From Epiperipatus broadwayi (Eukaryota > Animalia > Onychophora), in assembly GCA_028023455.1 (NCBI GenBank), contig JAQFVV010000007.1, positions 1,426,001-1,490,000 on the forward strand: a stretch of DNA of 64,000 bases, read 5' to 3'. This document shows, in pieces, positions 51,660-63,400 of the stretch. Each line of letters begins with the position of its first letter. Within the stretch, counting starts at the first letter, position 1. Both the position numbers and the translations under genes were made by a program. The notes under the pieces were generated by a model. That model was given only the letters and a program-made list of their open reading frames with translations. It searched no databases and had not been told where the DNA came from.

Positions 51660-53161
51660 GGTAAAGGTTTACTATAGCGGCCCCAATATGTTGGCCCTCT
51701 ATTGTTTAAAATTATAACTAAACTGTTCAAAAATCTTAAGTATATGCTACTATATTACAATTACAATAAAATTTAATCAATGTAAATTACGTATATACTA
51801 GAGTATTACAATTACATGAATAAAAGAATAAAAAAAATTTACCTTTTTAAACATAATTATGTCCTATATACACTAGAAAGTTGGAGAAAAAAGCAATATT
51901 GCCGTATCTATTCCGGAAGGCTCGTGCAGGTACGATGAAAACAAAACTCTGCTGGTACCAAATTAGAATTTCAGCTTACGCTTTGCTCTCATCCACATAT
52001 TTTCAATATTCTGGGTGTGTATGCCTTGGTCTTCGGAATGCACGAAGTTGTCCTCATGGACGACAACCGAATGCATATACACACCATTGTTGAAACTGCT
52101 GATGTTATTGTACATAGCCCAGCTATCTGGAATAATGTGCGTACCTGGTAAAATGAACCGCTGTACCAGGCCCTCCAGTGTATCAGCTGTCCTGTCTGGA
52201 ACTTCTGTCAAGAAGCACTTTCTTGATGCTCTTTCTATACTGCCAAAGACCCAATGACCTCTCCGTATAGGACCTCTGCGGTATTTGCAGTGGAAATGTT
52301 TCGTCAATTTTGACGACTAATGGCTCCCCCATTGTCATCAAATCCACCGAGAACCATCGGATTTGTGGCAAAATATTTGGCATATTCCTCCTGAAAAAAA
52401 TTAGCCCAGTCAATTATTATTTTCTTGCTGACGCGGGTCTCATGCACAATGTATTGTTGGGGCAAATTATGCACCCAAAAATACACTATGTTTATAATTG
52501 TTCCCAGAGGCAGATGATTTTGGGAAAAGAAAGACGCCTTTCTGATTGAACTGTGATGGTGACATATTCTGCATTGCCATCTACACCCATCTAAGCCTGT
52601 AGCATACATCACCAGTGAACAATGAACACTGCACTGTTGGCATAAGGCATAGTTCTTCAGGAGTCTTCGTGCAAGCCACTTGACGGCCAATTCCGTAGTT
52701 TGTATGGCATTCCATAATTGATGTGGATTCCACTTTTCTGCCAGAATAGCAGCAACATTCAAAATTTCGCCATCAGGAACTAAACATGTAGCAGCCATTT
52801 TTTCCAACTATAAAACTGTACACGTGTGCGTGTAATTCAAACTGTTGAACGCAGAGAGTGTCTTTTTTTTTGTAACATGTGCTATAAATGTAGATCGCTT
52901 AAATTCTTAAGTTGTAGACAGTTTAAATTCTTAACTTTCAAATAAATTAAAACTAATTCTTTTAATTAATGTCGTGTAATTAATCCAGCATTCAAATTCT
53001 TTGAAAAGGTAAATGTTTTTTTTATTTATTATCTTTTACATTTGATTACATTTTAATGTAATTGTAATATAGTAGCATATACGTAAGATTTTTGAACAAT
53101 TTAGTTATAATTTTAAACAACAGAGGGCCAACATATTGGGGCCACTATAGTAAACCTTTAC
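51660..53161 (-). mobile_element. Inner Merlin DNA transposon with a frameshifted ISXO2-like transposase
   Basis: Long TIRs starting GGTAAAGGTTTACTATAG and 9-bp TSD TCAACTTCC. ORFs 52807-52304 and 52307-51963 contain KIDE, WVFGSIER, PGTHIIPDSW and HTQNIENMW. Confidence 0.92.
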
Positions 53162-53303
53162 TCAACTTCCTTAAAAAGGTAAATGTCTTTTTATTATCTT
53201 TTAAAATTTAATAAATTTTAATGTAATTGTAGTATAATAGCATATACCTAAGATTTTCAAATAATAATTTAGTTCCAATTTTAAAAATTAGAGGACGAAC
53301 ATG

Positions 53304-54448
53304 TATGGAAGTGTGGTGGATAGATATAGGTATTTGGGAATCATCTTATGTAATCAGGAAAATTGCTTGGATGAATGGGAGAAAAACTTTGTAAATGAAG
53401 CAAAAAAAAGACTAACAGTATTTTCATATAATAAATATGATGTAGCTAGAATAGTACGGAAGGGAGTTGCAGTAGCAGGGTTAACATATGGTAATGATGC
53501 ATTATGGTTAGTAAAAGGGTTTTAGATTATTTAGAGAAAATACAAAGGGAAGTAGGAAGACATGCATTAGATGCAGAGATGTGGACAGCAAAGGAGGCAA
53601 TTCAAGGAGAAATGGGATGGTCAAGTTTTTATATGAGAGATGCAAAAAGTAAAATGAAAATGTTTGGTAGGTTGCAGTTTATGGATAGTAAAAGAATAGC
53701 AAAAATAGTGTTCAATTGGGTTATGAGTAAAGGCAGGCAACAAGATGAGTGAGAAAGGTAATGCGGTATGCGAAAGATTTGGATAAAGAATTTATATCAA
53801 TATACTTGTATAAAAGATGGGATGATTGTGTTAGGAGGATTGTTGAGTGTTATAGTGGTAAGGAATGGGATAAAAGAATAGAAGCATTAATAAAAAATAG
53901 GGAGTTGAAGAGATGGAGAACTAGTATGGAGGGTAAGAAGAGTTTAAATATATATAGAAGTAAACGGAATATTGCATGCGAGTTAATTTATGATAATAGT
54001 AAGGAAAGTAGTTTATTATTTAGAGCTCGAACGGGTTTTTTAGCAACAAGAGAATATACATGTAAATGGAAAACCATGGATAATTTAGTGTGCAAATTGT
54101 GTAAGGAAGGTATAGAAAATATTAGGCACCTGTTGATTGAATGTAAATGCTTGAAAGCAGAAAGGGTACAGATAATGAAGTTATGGGAGAATAGACATGA
54201 ACAAAGTGACTATACAGAAAGTGAGTTATTAGTTTTTATGTTGGGTTTGCGAAGAGATAAGGGGGGTTTAGATATAAAGGCCATAGAGTTGACAAAGATT
54301 ATGTTGTGGAAATGGGATGGGGCAGAATATGGGAAGACTTAAGAGTGGGGAATGGAGAATAAAATGGCTAACAGGTTTATCTGGGCATAATTGCTGAGAT
54401 ATTCTTGACTTCGTTTAAGAAGCCAAAATACATCACATCACATCACAT
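53304..54448 (+). mobile_element. 5'-truncated non-LTR retrotransposon with a (CATCA)n tail, inserted in the outer Merlin TIR
   Basis: RYRYLG (RT domain 7), LEKIQREVGRHAL, QGEMGWSSF, and C-terminal CKLC..E..HLLIEC; tail CATCACATCACATCACAT at 54431-54448. Confidence 0.88.
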
Positions 54449-54495
54449 GCTAAAGTAAACCTTTACCCAGATGACAATATAAGATGAAGGTATAC

Positions 54496-54572
54496 ATAAT
54501 CAACAGTCTATATTCTATCTTATAATCAACAGATGATATTCTATCTTATAATCAACAGACGATATTCTATCT
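54496..54572. repeat. 26-bp tandem repeat, 3 copies
   Basis: Units ATAATCAACAGNNNATATTCTATCTT start at 54496, 54522 and 54548. Confidence 0.9.
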
Positions 54573-54710
54573 GGTATTGGCACTTGACTTTGCTAAATCT
54601 GTATTCAATAGTTGTGAACCCAACTGGACATCTAATCTATATCTTATAAATACAATTTATCCAACATGCTTTAAATACTTTTTAGCAAACTCTTTATTTG
54701 TACATATATA

Positions 54711-54760
54711 TATACAACTACATTTCAACTGATCTGCAGATTTCTTCAGAGCTATGATAT
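54711..54760 (-). ncRNA. Inverted, partly degenerate copy of the hammerhead (sense to the SF3B4 pre-mRNA)
   Basis: Minus strand ATATCATAGCT-CTGAAGA-A-ATCTG-CAGAT-CAGTT-GAAA-TGTA-GTTGTAT. Core residues are retained; stems I and II are mismatched. Confidence 0.6.
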
Positions 54761-56068
54761 AATAAACAAAACAAAATTAAAACCATAACCACATAATAAC
54801 ACCAACAAAAAAATTTTTACAATAAAAAACTAAAAACAACATGAAATATATATATACATTTTATTTATATTGTTTTATTTGGGTTTGATTATTTATTTCA
54901 GTTTTTATATATATATTTCATTAAGCATCACATGATCACTATCTTATACTAGCACATAATTGTTTATAAACAAAGCAAAACTCTCCATACAGTATTGCCA
55001 CCCTGTGCCAGAGTAATCAATGAATGCCAGAAGGCTTGTGCATAAAATCCTTATCTAATGCCTACTCATCCAATATCCCCAGACTAGTTTCTGGCTTGTG
55101 GCCATCGTCAGTGAGGAGCATTTGGATCTGAGAGCACTGCACCTAGATCTTAGGATCTAATGCAACCCTCCAGCACACACATTTTATCTTTACTTAACTA
55201 CAAAACTATGAGAATGAAATTGAAAACACAAAAATATTTTCAATCTAAGCTTAATAGCTTATATAGTCATATGTGTCTGAACTCAGTTCAGCACCCATAC
55301 ATTTTAGTGTCATTGGCTCTTAAACAACCATAGCCACCACTATCCTATTAGGCAGGATTGGTGTTAAACCATTAAGCATCACATGATCACTATCTTATAC
55401 TAGCACATAATTGTTTATAAACAAAGCAAAACTCTCCATACAGTATTGCCATCCTGTGTCAACCAGAGTAATCAATGAATGCCAGAAGGCTTGTGAACAG
55501 GGTGGCAATACTGTATGGAGAGTTTTGCTTTGTTTATAAACAATTATGTGCTAGTATAAGATAGTGATTATGTGATGCTTAATGGTTTAACACCAATCCT
55601 GCCTAATAGGATAGTGGTGGCTATGGTTGTTTAAGAGCCAAAGACACCAAAATGTATGGGTGCTGAACTGAGTTCAGACCCATATGACTATATAAGCTAT
55701 TGAGCTTAGATTGAAAATATTTTTGTGTTTTCAATTTCATTCTCATAGTTTTGTAGTTAAGTAGAGATAAAAGGTGGGTTGCATTAGATCCTAAGATCTA
55801 GGTGCAGTGCTCTCAGATCCAAAGCTCCTCACTGACAATGGCCACAAGCCAGAAACTAGTCTGGGGATATTGGATGAGTAGGCATTATATACGGATTTTA
55901 TGCACAAGCCTTCTGGCATTTCATTGATTACTCTGGTTGGCACAGGATGGCAATACTGTATGGAGAGTTTTGCTTTGTTATATATATTTCATGTTGTTTT
56001 TAGTTTTTTATTGTAAAAAAAATTTTTATGGTGTTATTATGTGGTTATGTTTTCAATTTTATTTTATT

Positions 56069-56118
56069 ATATCATAGCTCTGAAGAAGACTGCAGGTCAG
56101 TCGAAACGTAGGTGATAT
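56069..56118 (+). ncRNA. Type I minimal hammerhead ribozyme (Penelope-like-element type)
   Basis: Stem I ATATCA-tag-CT / GG-TGATAT; core CTGAAGA (56080-56086) plus an extra A; stem II GACTG/CAGTC; GAAA; palindromic stem III ACGT; GUA cleavage triplet (56108-56110). Confidence 0.8.
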
Positions 56119-56585
56119 GTACAAATAAAGAATTGTATTTATGGGATATTAAGGCAAAATTAAGAAAAAGTGTGATTTTGGTAATCTATATCTTGTTTAA
56201 ACTGTGTAAAAAATTGGGTTCGACTCTAAAGATTTCTAGTAAAGTAAAATATTTATAGCTTGCTAATTTAATTATAAAAATTAAATATTTTTATGAAAAA
56301 ACGTAATTAAATTTCAAGCCTTTTTTATATACCTATAATGCTAAAGCAATAAAATATAATGCAAACGTTATTATTTTAATTCAAGTGATAAATAGCTCAA
56401 TGCTTTTTTGCAGTTTTAAATGTAATATGGTTAAGAATTTGGGTTTTTTTAGGCAACATGCTTCAGAACTGCTAACAAAATATATTTTATTAGTATAGTT
56501 ACGAGAAATCGAATGAAGCTAAATAAATCTTACTTTTTTAATAGAAAAATAAAATTTATAAACAACTTACGACACACACACTTAC

Positions 56586-56669
56586 CAACTGGTCCAGCTT
56601 GAACAAATAATTCCCAGAGTAATGCTTCGGAAACTTTTTCATCCAAACCACCAACGTAAATCGTCGCAT
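56586..56669 (-). CDS. SF3B4: SF3B4 coding exon 2 (RRM1 start: [28 protein letters not shown])
   Basis: 84 nt, flanked by ttttttatag| and |gtaagt. Completes the D codon from exon 1 and contains the RNP2 motif IYVGGL. Confidence 0.98.
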
Positions 56670-56905
56670 CTATAAAAAAAAAAAATACCAATAAAACTTT
56701 AAAAATCAATTACACAAACATTTACCCAAAAGCAAATGATATTAAAAGCAAATTCATACATAAATTAGTAAACAAATGAAGATTAAAATTGCTTTTTACA
56801 TATTATTTCAATTTATCCAAATAAACATTATTTTGGATACACTAATGTGATGTGGAAATATTTACAATTTTAAAATGATATTGCAATTAATCAAAATTGT
56901 ATTAC

Positions 56906-56939
56906 CTTGATTTCTTTCAGATATAGGACCAGCGGCCAT
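56906..56939 (-). CDS. SF3B4: Splicing factor 3B subunit 4, coding exon 1 (MAAGPISERNQ + G)
   Basis: Reverse complement reads ATG GCC GCT GGT CCT ATA TCT GAA AGA AAT CAA G|gtaata. The peptide matches the conserved SF3B4/SAP49 N-terminus; phase-1 donor. Confidence 0.96.
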
Positions 56940-57000
56940 GATGCCAATATTTTAAACACGTGATATCAACTAATTTTTTCGCCATCTAACGTCTTAAATA
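56940..57000 (-). promoter_or_regulatory. Putative SF3B4 proximal promoter/5' UTR with YY1/Pho-like AGATGGCG motif and E-box CACGTG
   Basis: CGCCATCT at 56980-56987 (AGATGGCG on minus) and CACGTG at 56957-56962, just upstream of the ATG. The TSS cannot be determined from sequence. Confidence 0.4.
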
Positions 57001-58779
57001 ATTAACTTTAAAAATATTTTGTCATCATTTTGTGTAAAGTTTATGGGTTTAATTTAAGGTTATAACAGCAGAATAATATACATACTTTTACAAAAAAAAT
57101 TGCATTTATCTTTAAAATGTTTGTTTTGTTAAAATTTTAATAAATCCTGTCTTGTTAAAGATTTTATTTAAAAGAATTATGTTTAGTGTGCAGATAATAA
57201 CTTCTTAAATATTTTTAACTTTTCGCCATTAAAATTGGTGTAACCATTGTACTTTTTTTTATATATTGATATTTTTTCTTATTATTTTTACTTACTTTTT
57301 TATAAACTATTATCTGTTTTCCTAAGTCAAATATTTATTGTCATCTTTTTATCTTCCATGAAATTTAACTTTTTACTTTTCTGCTCTTAAATAAAAATAA
57401 AAAAATGTGAATATGCTATTTTGATATATCCCATTGTTTCTCTAACGTTCAATTTAAATCTCGATATATCATCATTTCAGAGATTATGCATCTATTATAG
57501 GATAAAGGTATCTTAAAAGTGTATTCAAATTTATCCAATCCATAAATTCTTTTTTCATATCATACTATTAAACTTTCTTAGCTCATTAATTCATCTTCTA
57601 TATGATTTCTCTCATGTTTTTTTTACAATTTTTTGGGATCCAACTTAAAACTGTTCAGTCCCAATCTCTATTTTCAGCTTTTTAATGATGTCAATAATAC
57701 TTGTTTGTTCTTTCACCCATAATATTTTCCTTTCAATATCTTCAGGTCTGCAACTTTCCATTTTTCCCTGTGCAGTTTGAAAATTTTGAATCATTCTTTT
57801 CTTAACAATTCAAGTTTTAGATTGATACATAAGCACTGTAAAACACATATTTAAAACTTGTTTTTTATCACTTGAGTCTAAGTTTGTGTAATGTTAAATA
57901 ATTTATGCAAAAGTACTCTATCTGAATTTAATTCTATGATTAATTTATTTCATCCATTGTGTTTTCATCAGTATTAATCCGGTTAGATAACTTAAAATTT
58001 TTTTTATTCACTATTATCTGCTGTGTGTGTGTATGTACATTGACAGGAAATGTCAAAGAAAACAAGTAAAAAAATAAATAGAAAAGGATTGAACCAGCAA
58101 TTATGAACTGATCAATAATGGAAGAATAGAAGTTTTTCTTAAGACACTATGAACTATAAATACCTGATAGCTAATTAGCCTGTGTCTTCTTTTAGCATGC
58201 ATTCATTACCCAGTATAATCCCCACTGAAGATGAAGAAAGGGAATATAGGTATTAAAGAGGCCACCCTGGTCTACATTATTATTTTTTGTAAGCCTTGGG
58301 TCTCTATTTATAACTAGTTAATATTATACTAAATATTTTCACTTGTAATCTAATGTATTATAATTATATGTGCTAGATTGCCATATATATATATATAGTT
58401 TATAAATATCCTATCAAATTCCAATCGTATAAATTAATATTTAATGTTATTAAATAAGAATAACTAAACATGCTCATATTCTTTATTTTTTATTGTGCTA
58501 GATTAAGAATTGATACATAGCACAACTTGATGCAATTGGACAGTAAATTGGAAAAAAAACATGAAGATAGTGAGGCATGGAGCAGAAAGCTAGTAATAGG
58601 CACTAAAGAAGTGATAGAGATAAGGGATATAGAAACTGCTCTGTTAGGTATAGGAGAATTTGATAGTAGCTACCCCTCCAAGCAGCCTGTTTATACAACT
58701 TGTGTTACTAAATACTTTATAGTAAATAAGGTAATGTCACTAAAACCGCCAATTTTTTTTTTTGGGGGGGGGGGGATCT

Positions 58780-60420
58780 GAGGCTAATTTAGGTCACAAA
58801 TCGATTATGTAAATCTGAGGACCCTGACAGTTTATCTTATGCTGAAGTTATTAAGTGACTAAACAACCATTTTAATCCTGAATCATTAGAACATTTAACC
58901 CATATTACACTTACAAAATAGATGTCAAGTGAAGGGATAAGGTCATTGAACATTTGATGTGGCATTAAGAGACTTGACTAGAAACTGCGCATATGGCAAT
59001 TACTTAGTTGAGGTCTTATTGAAACAATTCCTATGGGGGATGAGTGTTGACAGACACCATCAGCAACTGTTGGCCATCTCTGAGTTAACTTATACAGAAT
59101 CGATCAAAATGGGAATTATGAATTAGTAATCAATAATGCAAAAGAATTTTAACTATCAAATGCAGACAGCTCAAATCAAACATCAATTCTAAAAATGAGC
59201 AGGGACGAGAATAATTAAAAAACAAGTTGGGAATGTTTTGCTGCAGAAAGGCTGGTCACAATGCATGTAAATGCAGCAACAAGATCATAAATTGTAACAA
59301 TTGTGGAAAGGAGGGACATCTAGTAAAGTCTGCCAAACTAAAAATAAAAGTAAATACAGTTTTCCTAAGAAACATAATAAAAAATATTGAATAGTTCACT
59401 GAAATCCATAGGCATAAACTGATAATTGTAAACAATGTTGTTACTAAAAATATATGGAAAGTCAGTCAAATCGGAAATAGATATGGGGGGATGATGTATC
59501 AGTAATGTCTTGGAGTAACTGATTTTATGCTAAGTGAGGAGCTAAAAAATAAACTGAGAATTGAAAGTATGGGACCAAGAGAGGCAACATGGGAACTTCA
59601 TTGACAGTGAGAATTGAAAGTACAGGAGTAAAGGTGAATGACAATAATGGGAATTTCATTGACATAGATTGATGGAAGTAATGGTAACTATAAATCTTCA
59701 TTGCAAAACTCTTAATTTGTATATACTAAAAGGTAAAGAAGCACCATGGATATGTAGGGAATGGTTTGCTCTGCTGGAAATTAAAATATGCCTGTGAAAT
59801 AATGAACATATAAGAAAAGAAGTAAAGGATAAAATTCCAAACTATATACAGTAAAGCAAGAGAAATTAAACATAAAACTTGTTGAGATCAGCTGTTAAGA
59901 GGGAACAGAACCCATTCAAAACAAATCAAGAAATGTTCCAAGACCTTGAGTAGGAATAAATTTTTTGGTTCATTGGAAACCTGAGTTAATCAACAGTCTT
60001 ACTGTCACCAACTGGACTCTGGAAATCACAGAATATCAAATGCTGATGGGGCTGAATAAAAATGGATGTTCCAATAGATGTCCACCCTATCTAAACCAAT
60101 CATTAAGGACAGGTTTTCCAAAACTATCATTGGTAAATGGATGTATTATAAAAATAGCAACTGAGTTTTGATTCCACCAGTATGTTGAGAAAAAATATTA
60201 AAACTAATTTATTACTGACTTTCTGGCATGATGAGAGCAAAGGCTCTTGTTTGAACCTATGTACACTAGCCAGGCATGAGTCACAAGATAAAAAAGATAT
60301 ATAAAAAAGTGCAGACCTTGTCAGTCTACCACAAATTTTCCCCAGAAAAAGTATTCACCAATGTGTAAAGAAGTCCATGGATCCATGTATAGATTGCCCA
60401 TTATGATCCAATAGATGGAA
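58780..60420 (+). mobile_element. Heavily decayed Mag-like Gypsy internal region
   Basis: Remnants NHFNP, CNNCGKEGHL zinc knuckle, EID.G protease-like, and RT/integrase traces; no LTRs identified. Confidence 0.6.
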
Positions 60421-60429
60421 ACGTGGTAT

Positions 60430-63400
60430 TATGTGATGCACTGTGGCTTTTTCTTTTTCAAAATCAGGAATCTCTTAGCCACTATGCACAGAGAAATCTG
60501 TTAGACACCTTATGTTTTATTTCCATTCTTCACCCTGAGTTTTTTCCACATTCTTCACCATCCTGCTCCATTCCATTTCCACATCATAATCTTATTAACT
60601 CTATGGCCTTTATATCTAAATCCCCCTTTTCCAAACTGAACCCACTTTCTGAATATTCACTTTCTTTATATTTATTCTCACACAACTTCATTATTTGCAT
60701 CCTTTCTGCTACAGGCATTTACATTCAATTAACAGATACCTAATATATTCTATGCCTTCCTTACATAATTTACAGACTAAATCACCCATATTATTTCATT
60801 TATGTGTACATTCTCTTATTACTAACGATCTTGTTCAAACCTTAAACAGTAAACTATTTTCCTTGCTATTATCATAAATTAATTTGCACCCAATATTTTT
60901 TTTATTAAGGAAAAAAAAATGCAGGGGGACTGATCACCCACTACATTATGTAAATACATTTGTTTAAAAGGAATCTTTAGATCATACTACAGTCAATAAC
61001 CCTAGTCTTCTCCATTGATTCATAAGAGTCTTTGAATTGCCAAGTCCTTTAATTCACAGATCCTTAAAACTTCATCTATGTTGCCATGTCTTTGTATAAA
61101 CTGCATTTATGGAATTCATACTTTAATTCGTTTCTGAATTTCTATTGCTTTTCTGTTCGGAGTTTTCTTCAAATTTTCCCTCTTGTGAGCTTATTTGTTC
61201 ATCATCTGTGATTTCTTCTGTTTCATCAGTACACACAGGACTAGTCCTAATTTGTTGCTGCATTTCCTTTGGATAGCCAACTACTTCCAGAACTGTCACT
61301 ATGAGCCTCATTGCTCCATTGCTCTTCTACATTATCAAGTTCTTTGACTGGATTATCAGACTTTTCTATGATACCCTGCACTACTTCACCTTGCCTGCTT
61401 CCGGACCTGTCACTACAAGCCTCATCATTTCATTGCTCTTCTATATTGTTTACTTCTACATATATTTAAACTCTTTTTACTCTCCATACTAGTTCTTCAT
61501 CTCTCCAACTCCCTCTTTTTTATTAATGCATCTATAACACTCAACAATTATCCTAACACAATCATCCCTTTTTTGTACATGTATACTGACATAAATTCCT
61601 TATCCAAATCTTCTGCATACCATACTACCTTTTTCACCCATCTTATTGCTTGTCCTTTATTCATAACCCAATTAAATACTATTTTGGCTATTCTCTTATT
61701 ATCCATAAATTGCAATTTACCAAACATTTCATTTTACTTTTTGCATCTCTTATATAAAAACTTGACTATCCCCATTTCTCCTTCAACTGCCTCTTTTGCT
61801 ATCCACTCATCTGCATCTATGCATGTTTTCCTACTTCTCTTTGTACTTTTTCTAAGTAATCTAACAACCCTTTACTAACACATCATTACCATAATTTGAC
61901 CCTGCTACTGCCACTCCCTTTCATACAATTCTAGCTACATCATATTTATTACATGAAAGCACAATTGATTTCTTTATCAGTCTTTTCAAATTTTTTTCCC
62001 ATTCATCCAAGCAATTGCTCTGAATACTTAAGATGATTCCCAAATAGTTATACCTATTTACCACATACAATTTTATATCACCCAATTTCCCCAGCATTTA
62101 TCATCATTACTTTTGATTTTTCTTCATTAAATTTAATACCCCTTTTTACCCATCCTTGTTCATGTCTTCAACATAACTTCTATATTTTCCCTACTTTCTG
62201 TGCACAAGATGATATCATCTGCAAATAAAAGACCCGAGCATATATAATACTCCCTTGCCACCTATTAATGGTATCTTTATTCCTCTTCCTAGTTTATCTA
62301 TTGCTGTCTCCCTTTCTTTCAAATATAACAAAAACAAAATAGATGACATAGGGCATCTTTGCCTTAATCTGACTCCATTTTTAACTTTAACTGATTCTAT
62401 GTTTCCTAATTGATGTGTATAATAATTATTTCCATACAATCTCTTAATAAGATTCACTAAAGCTCCATTCATTTCCAAATTTATTAAACTTATCTGTAAT
62501 CTATTTCTATTTACTCTGGCATATGCCTTCTCTATATCTATAAAAACCATATATAACTATCTACCTGTATTCCTACTCTTATCTATAAGTTGTGTGACTA
62601 CAAATAAACTATCTCCCATATACCTATCCAATCAAAAATCTTGCATTTCTCCCACTATATTATTTTCTTTCCATCTATTTTGCAACTCTTCCAGCCATTA
62701 TATATGTGAAAAGTTTATATAACACTGACATTACCACTATCAATCTATAATTATTTAACTTCCTATAATTCTTACTCTTTCCTTTAAATAATAACCTTAC
62801 TCTTGTATTATTCCAGCTATATGGAAATTCTATCTTTTCTGCCATCTTATTAAAACAAAATAATAGATTTAATTTTGCCCTATTTCCTAAATTCATCACC
62901 ATCTCTGCTGCCCATCCATCTAAACCGCTTGCCTTTCCATTTTTCATTTTCTTCCCTGTCTCATTCAATTCATTTTCTGTAAATCTAATATTTCCATAAC
63001 TATATGCTTTCATGTTTATCACTCTGTCCTCACATCTAACATCTTTTCTATATCCATTACATACTTATTTAAGATTGTCTCTAATTTTTTCCTAGAGCTA
63101 CACTCTATATCATCTAGTAATTCTATTTCTCTCTCCCTACATTTCTTTTAATAAATTTCCAAATTTTTTTACTCCCATCTTTTCCATTTTTATTAATATT
63201 CTCCAACAATTTACTATTTAATTTCATTCTCTATATATAATAATCTATTTTAGGCAAATTTCTCTTTTTTTTTAAATATTCCCATTTAACATTAACATCT
63301 TTCTTACTTTCTTTAATTTTAATTGCACACTTGTATTCTCTGCATGCTTTTTCCCTATCTTTTACACTTTTATTAACTTTCACTTTTCTATTACTTTTAT

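Larger units (their letters stand above)
50780..54467 (-). mobile_element. Outer Merlin (IS1595/ISXO2-like) DNA transposon, internally deleted
   Basis: TIRs GGTAAAGGTTTACT...AGTAAACCTTTACC and 9-bp TSD CAGATTACA/CAGATGACA. Only the N-terminal transposase part remains (~50951-51498). Confidence 0.88.
54690..56135. repeat. ~1.45-kb imperfect palindrome (fold-back) with a 451-bp tandem unit, flanked by inverted ribozyme-bearing modules
   Basis: 54969-55457 is the reverse complement of 55497-55979, and 54690-54857 is the reverse complement of 55979-56135. The tandem unit starts at 54921 and again at 55372. Confidence 0.93.

Noticed and set aside
54496-54572. Short direct repeats considered as a CRISPR-like array
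   Set aside because: Head-to-tail units without unique spacers, in eukaryotic DNA with no cas genes; an ordinary minisatellite.
57400-57900. Possible pogo/Tigger-like HTH transposase relic on the minus strand
   Set aside because: Only vague similarity, no TIRs and multiple stops; not supportable without a search.
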